Source: Klebsormidium nitens
Lineage: Eukaryota > Plantae > Klebsormidiophyceae
NCBI GenBank assembly: GCA_000708835.1
Contig: DF236998.1
Coordinates: 45,880-109,879 of the forward strand
DNA: 64,000 nucleotides
Direction of reading: 5' to 3'
Of the stretch, positions 60,001 through 64,000 are shown in pieces (the stretch's first letter is position 1; each line of letters begins with the position of its first letter). Made by a program: the position numbers and the translations under genes. A model generated the notes under the pieces. That model ran no database searches. It worked only from the letters and a program-made list of their open reading frames with translations, and was not told where the DNA came from.

Positions 60001-63000
60001 TCGACCCAGCATTGACGTCACTGCCCAGTTGGTAGCCCCCCTCACCTGAAGCCATGCTCCCTTCCCAGCTCCTCTTCCAGATACAGAAACACTTGCGTCA
60101 CCAACTCCGACAGATCCTCGGCCAGTTTCGCGGGGGCCGCAACTGCTTGCCCTTCCTCCTCCCTTTCAATCCCCGCCAGATGCGTCGGCGACACGAGCAT
60201 GACGCCGAAGCGCACGGGGATGCTGCGCTGGTAGAACAGCATGACGGTCGGGAAGATCTGCGCCGAATGCGAAGGCGCCACGTGTCAGGAGGGCGGACAC
60301 TTTCTGGCAGCCTTTCTTGCTAAGACGTCCTCAGCGTGGTGGAGAGCGCATGACACCCTGACTGAGAAGAATGTGGGGCCGGGCAGAGGCCGAGCAGAAT
60401 TGCGGAACAAAACAACTCCACTGATTCTATGAAAGACGCGTGCGCTCATGATTGAGCGGAGCCTTTCGGCGCTCAACGACGGCCCTGCACTTCGCCAAGC
60501 CAACAGAAAACTCAACATGCTTCGGATTAATAGCCGCAATCAGACCGCTTGCTCATTACCAACCTCCGGCTGAAAAGCTGACCCGTTGAGTCTCACCGCT
60601 AATCTCATCAGAGCTTTTCAACCACTGGACCCACGACAGAACCGCGTGGCACGCTTTGATGGGCGACCCACCTTGAGCGCGGCCGTCGATGCGGGGTCAA
60701 GCACAAACACGGCGCTGAACAGGTTGCGGCGGATCTGGCGCAGCTGCCCCGGATACGTTGGCATCAGTAGCTCTTGCAAGCTCGACCGCCACATCCGGTA
60801 CTGCGAGTCGCTCTCAATGTCGTTCAGCCAGTGCACGCCGTCCCCCTGGAAGTCCACCCGAACTCCGCCGACGTCATCCGGCGGCTCCGGCAGCGCCAGC
60901 AGCTCCCCACTGACGTCAGCGGGGAGGCCGAGGCGCGCGAGGGCCGCGCCGAGGGTGACGTCAGCGGAGACGCGGTCGATGAGGGAGAAGAGGTCGAGGG
61001 AGTCGACGTCGGGGACGAGCGCGCGGTTGATGGCGAGGAGCGTGCGCCCCGGGGCGACCATCTTCTGGTTGGCCTCGATCTCGGCGCGGACGCTCGCGTT
61101 GAGCGGGGTGCGCGAGAGGGAGGACGCGACGTTGGGGAAGTTCTGGTTGATGTCCTGCAGACAAAAAGGTCGTGATTGAAAATAAGTAACTTTAGAAGAG
61201 GATGAGTGGCAGTTTTGCAAAGGGAAAGTAGGCGACAATGTGGTAAAGAAGCCATTCGCCATCTTCTTAAGAAGATGGATATTGAGAGGCTTAGCGTGAG
61301 CAACGTCCCTTTGTGGGGTCTTTCCCCTTTACGGTTTGGGTTCTCCCTACTTGCCCCTCACATTCGACAGCGTTTCAACCGAATCGCGCGAAGACACCTA
61401 CAGAGAAACTAGACGCTTCAGCTCTTGTTTTCTGTCCTTGTCAAAGCACAATGAAACTCCTCGATCCATCAATGAAACTCGAAGCTGCGTCCTCGCCGAT
61501 CCTCTGAACCCGGCCAATCGGGCTTGTTGAAGCATTTCAGAGGACAAGTCGTTCAAAACCTCCTCGTATCTTATCGCTTGCACAAACTGCTGCGCCCTGG
61601 AATCCCAAACTCTAGGCCCTTACACTACATCCTCCCAAATCAATATGACCTACGGAACGACACAACATCAGCGACTCAAGCACTCGCCTGCATCAAACGC
61701 AGCGGCTCCCGCGCCTGCACGATTCGTTGCACGGCCTGCAGCCCAATCTCCTTGAGCTCCCAGACGCTGATCTTATCGGAGTCGTCCGCGGCGCCTGACG
61801 ACAGCAGCACGTCACGGAACGTCAGCAGCTCCGCCTCCTTGTCGGGCCGCCGCTCGACCAGCTTCGAGAAGATGAACCCGTTCACTTCCTGTATCGAGTA
61901 AGAGGCTTCTTTCTTGATTCTTTAGAAGTCCCATACCGTCAGCATTGCGTTTTCAAGAGATGTTTTGAGCGGCCTCCACGAGCTTCGACAAGATGACCCA
62001 ATCGCTTCCTGCAGCAAAAAATACAGCTCTTCGTTTTCAAATCACTCGTTCATGTAAAGTCTGGCGACTGTTGAGACGTCTTACTCGTCAAACCCGGGGT
62101 GAAAAATGTCGACATTGGGCATCCTTCATGGGCAGGTCTCCAGTGGTTTTTGGAAGATAAATTTCACTTGCTCTCTCTTAGACTCGTCCTTTGTCTGCAA
62201 GAATGGGACTTTTCAAAGTCGCCTTCTGTCTGACCCCATCATTGAGCCCCTCCGATACGAGCTTTGAAGAGCGAAAAGCTGCTGGTTTGTGCGCCAGCTA
62301 TCACGCCAGATTGTCGAGCCTACAACAGCACTACCTTCGCAGGGACTCTTGAGGGGTGAATTCTAGAGCACTTTGACTTCGGAGGAGCATTCGGTGCCCT
62401 TCGACCACTTCGTATACCTGCCATCCCTAGTCGTGGTTCTTATCTGAAACACCTTATCGTAAACCCTGCAAACCTTGAAAAGCTTCCCTATAAACCGCTC
62501 CCACTAATTGGATGTTTCGTCAAGGGCACACCTGCACTGATATTGCAGAGGGCGTCGCTTCTCACCTGTGTCAGGTCCTCAGCCGCTGGCCCGTCAGATG
62601 TGACGCTGCCGTCCTTCTTGACCTCAGAGTCATCGGCGGCCTTGTATTCCATGTTTTTGAGCGCGAGCTCAGCGCCGAAGCCAGCAAGATCGACGGGCTT
62701 TTGGGTGCCGATCCGGGCACAGGGACTGGCTGCGGATTCACACCCAGAGGGTAGGACAGGCCTGGAAGGAACGCATCATCTTAAGATTTCACGTCGTTTT
62801 GAAGATGCGAGAGCACAGTGTTGGTCCTTCGAACCAAATGGAAGGCCCCGCTTGTTCGTAGGAGCAGGCTTCAAATATTAGCGTAGAGCACAGAACACGG
62901 TACCCATACTGAATGAAAGAGGAGTCTTATTGCGACTGATTGTAGTAAATAGAAAAGGTTGAGGTTGGAGACTTGACGCCACACAAAATGAGACAAGCTG

Positions 63001-63885
63001 TTGGCAAGAGACTCGTTACTCAGTCTACTGTATCTTGTGATGGTGATTCTGTAACTTAGTCTGCAAAGCCGAGGTGATTGAGGTGAGTTCCAGAGCTTCA
63101 AATGATGAGAATCTTCAAAAAGTCTGCCACACTTACAAACGACCTCTCCGCTTCGATCAGGCAAGACCCGAATGTTATCATTTATCGGGGTCAGAACGGT
63201 TCTTAACGATGTCCATAATGTAGATGTTTATGGCCCTGAGGACTAGGTTTGGCAAGATTGGGTTGTGGATTGAAACCAGCCCCACAAGCTGCACTCCAGG
63301 AGTTGGAATACTTACGCACCTATTGAGGACATCAGTAATTCCTTCCCCTTTGATGGGTGAAAACTACTACGACACTCAACAACTCCGTTCCGACACCTCG
63401 TCAGGATCAAATGCAGGTCTGAGACTGCATATCACATCAGCATCTTGACATATTTGTTGAAATCGAACTCTGTTCCCCTGACATATTCAGCAAAGCGTAC
63501 CTGTAGATGTACGCGACGCCCTTGCCGCTCTGCACCGCTTCCGAGAGCACCCGGTGCATCTCCGCAAAGCAGGGGGTTCCCAGCGCCCCGTACAGCACAA
63601 ACAACCTTGCCCCCCGCTTGGACGCCGGATGCACATGATCAAAAGCATATCGCGGAACTTCTTCCGCAGTTGCTCCGCTCTCCTCCGCAAGTTCTTCCTC
63701 TAGCTCTCGTGCGGTTCGCAGGACACTCTTCCCAGGGGCCTCCACCCAGCAGCACATGGCCCCCCCCGGAGAGGCAGGATTCCTGGTCACTTTCCACCGC
63801 TCATCGTCCTTGCTTTTCGCAGTGGTGGCAAGCGACGCCAACCCAAGCCTTTCGAGCGACTCTGATGCGAGCTGCCGGTAGACCA
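51094..63885 (-). CDS. UGGT: UDP-glucose:glycoprotein glucosyltransferase, 5' end beyond the window; exons 63885-63501, 62761-62566, 61888-61688, 61154-60672, 60257-60046, 59597-59267, 58832-58422, 58077-57356, 56869-56187 (1-nt frameshift), 55488-55303, 54712-54554, 53485-53345, 52926-52883, 52573-52459, 52062-51910, 51324-51094
   Basis: Motifs [86 protein letters not shown] (DxD), [48 protein letters not shown]; C-terminal AAEL ER-retention-like signal. Confidence 0.96.
53440..53955 (-). repeat. About 150-bp tandem array (4 copies) of an acceptor plus DxD-motif exon start (UGGT)
   Basis: Plus-strand GTGCGGACGACCTGGTCCGCGTCCACGAAGATGACCTG at about 53452, with copies near 53600, 53755 and 53905. 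Confidence 0.9.
55430..55940 (-). repeat. Tandem array (4 copies) of an acceptor plus exon start (UGGT)
   Basis: Plus-strand GATCGTCTCGTT.GACG...GCGACC.CCGTCG.TGCGAGCTCCTCTCC(C)TGC at 55435-55492, with copies near 55565-55622, 55695-55752 and a remnant near 55905-55935. Confidence 0.88.
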
Positions 63886-64000
63886 CTAGTTTTGGAGAGG
63901 CTAAGCGGAGGGAGAGGGAGAGGTGGAAGAGAGAGGCCTGAGGTTGGGTGAAGTTCTGGGTAGCCTGGCTTAGGATCTGTTCCGCACACCAGGAGTCATT

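Noticed and set aside
57368-61179. Plus-strand ORFs 57368-57868, 58305-58847, 60586-61179
   Set aside because: Antisense shadows of UGGT exons.

Overview
Eukaryotic, intron-rich nuclear DNA with GC-rich exons and mostly 200-1200 nt introns. The plant-type gene set points to a streptophyte alga such as Klebsormidium (inference from gene content and structure only). Nine protein-coding loci can be assembled by hand with consistent splice phases: a CURT1/CAAD thylakoid protein with a coiled-coil tail (+), an intronless frameshifted EID1-like F-box gene (-), ATG13 (-), an uncharacterised protein ending in a SPIDR/DUF4502-like domain (+), flotillin (+), a CAT2-4-type cationic amino acid transporter (+), RRP7 (-), APRT (+) and UGGT (-, 5' end outside the window, one 1-nt frameshift in a G-run). 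Repeats include a 558-bp non-autonomous hAT element with an exact 8-bp target-site duplication, a probable intronic MITE and a 35-bp minisatellite. The most striking unexplained pattern is that nine exon-intron junctions in five genes carry tandem, degenerating copies of the junction itself, mostly with intact decoy GT/AG sites and often a divergence gradient away from the real exon. No rRNA, tRNA or CRISPR array could be supported. All family assignments come from remembered motifs; no database search was run.
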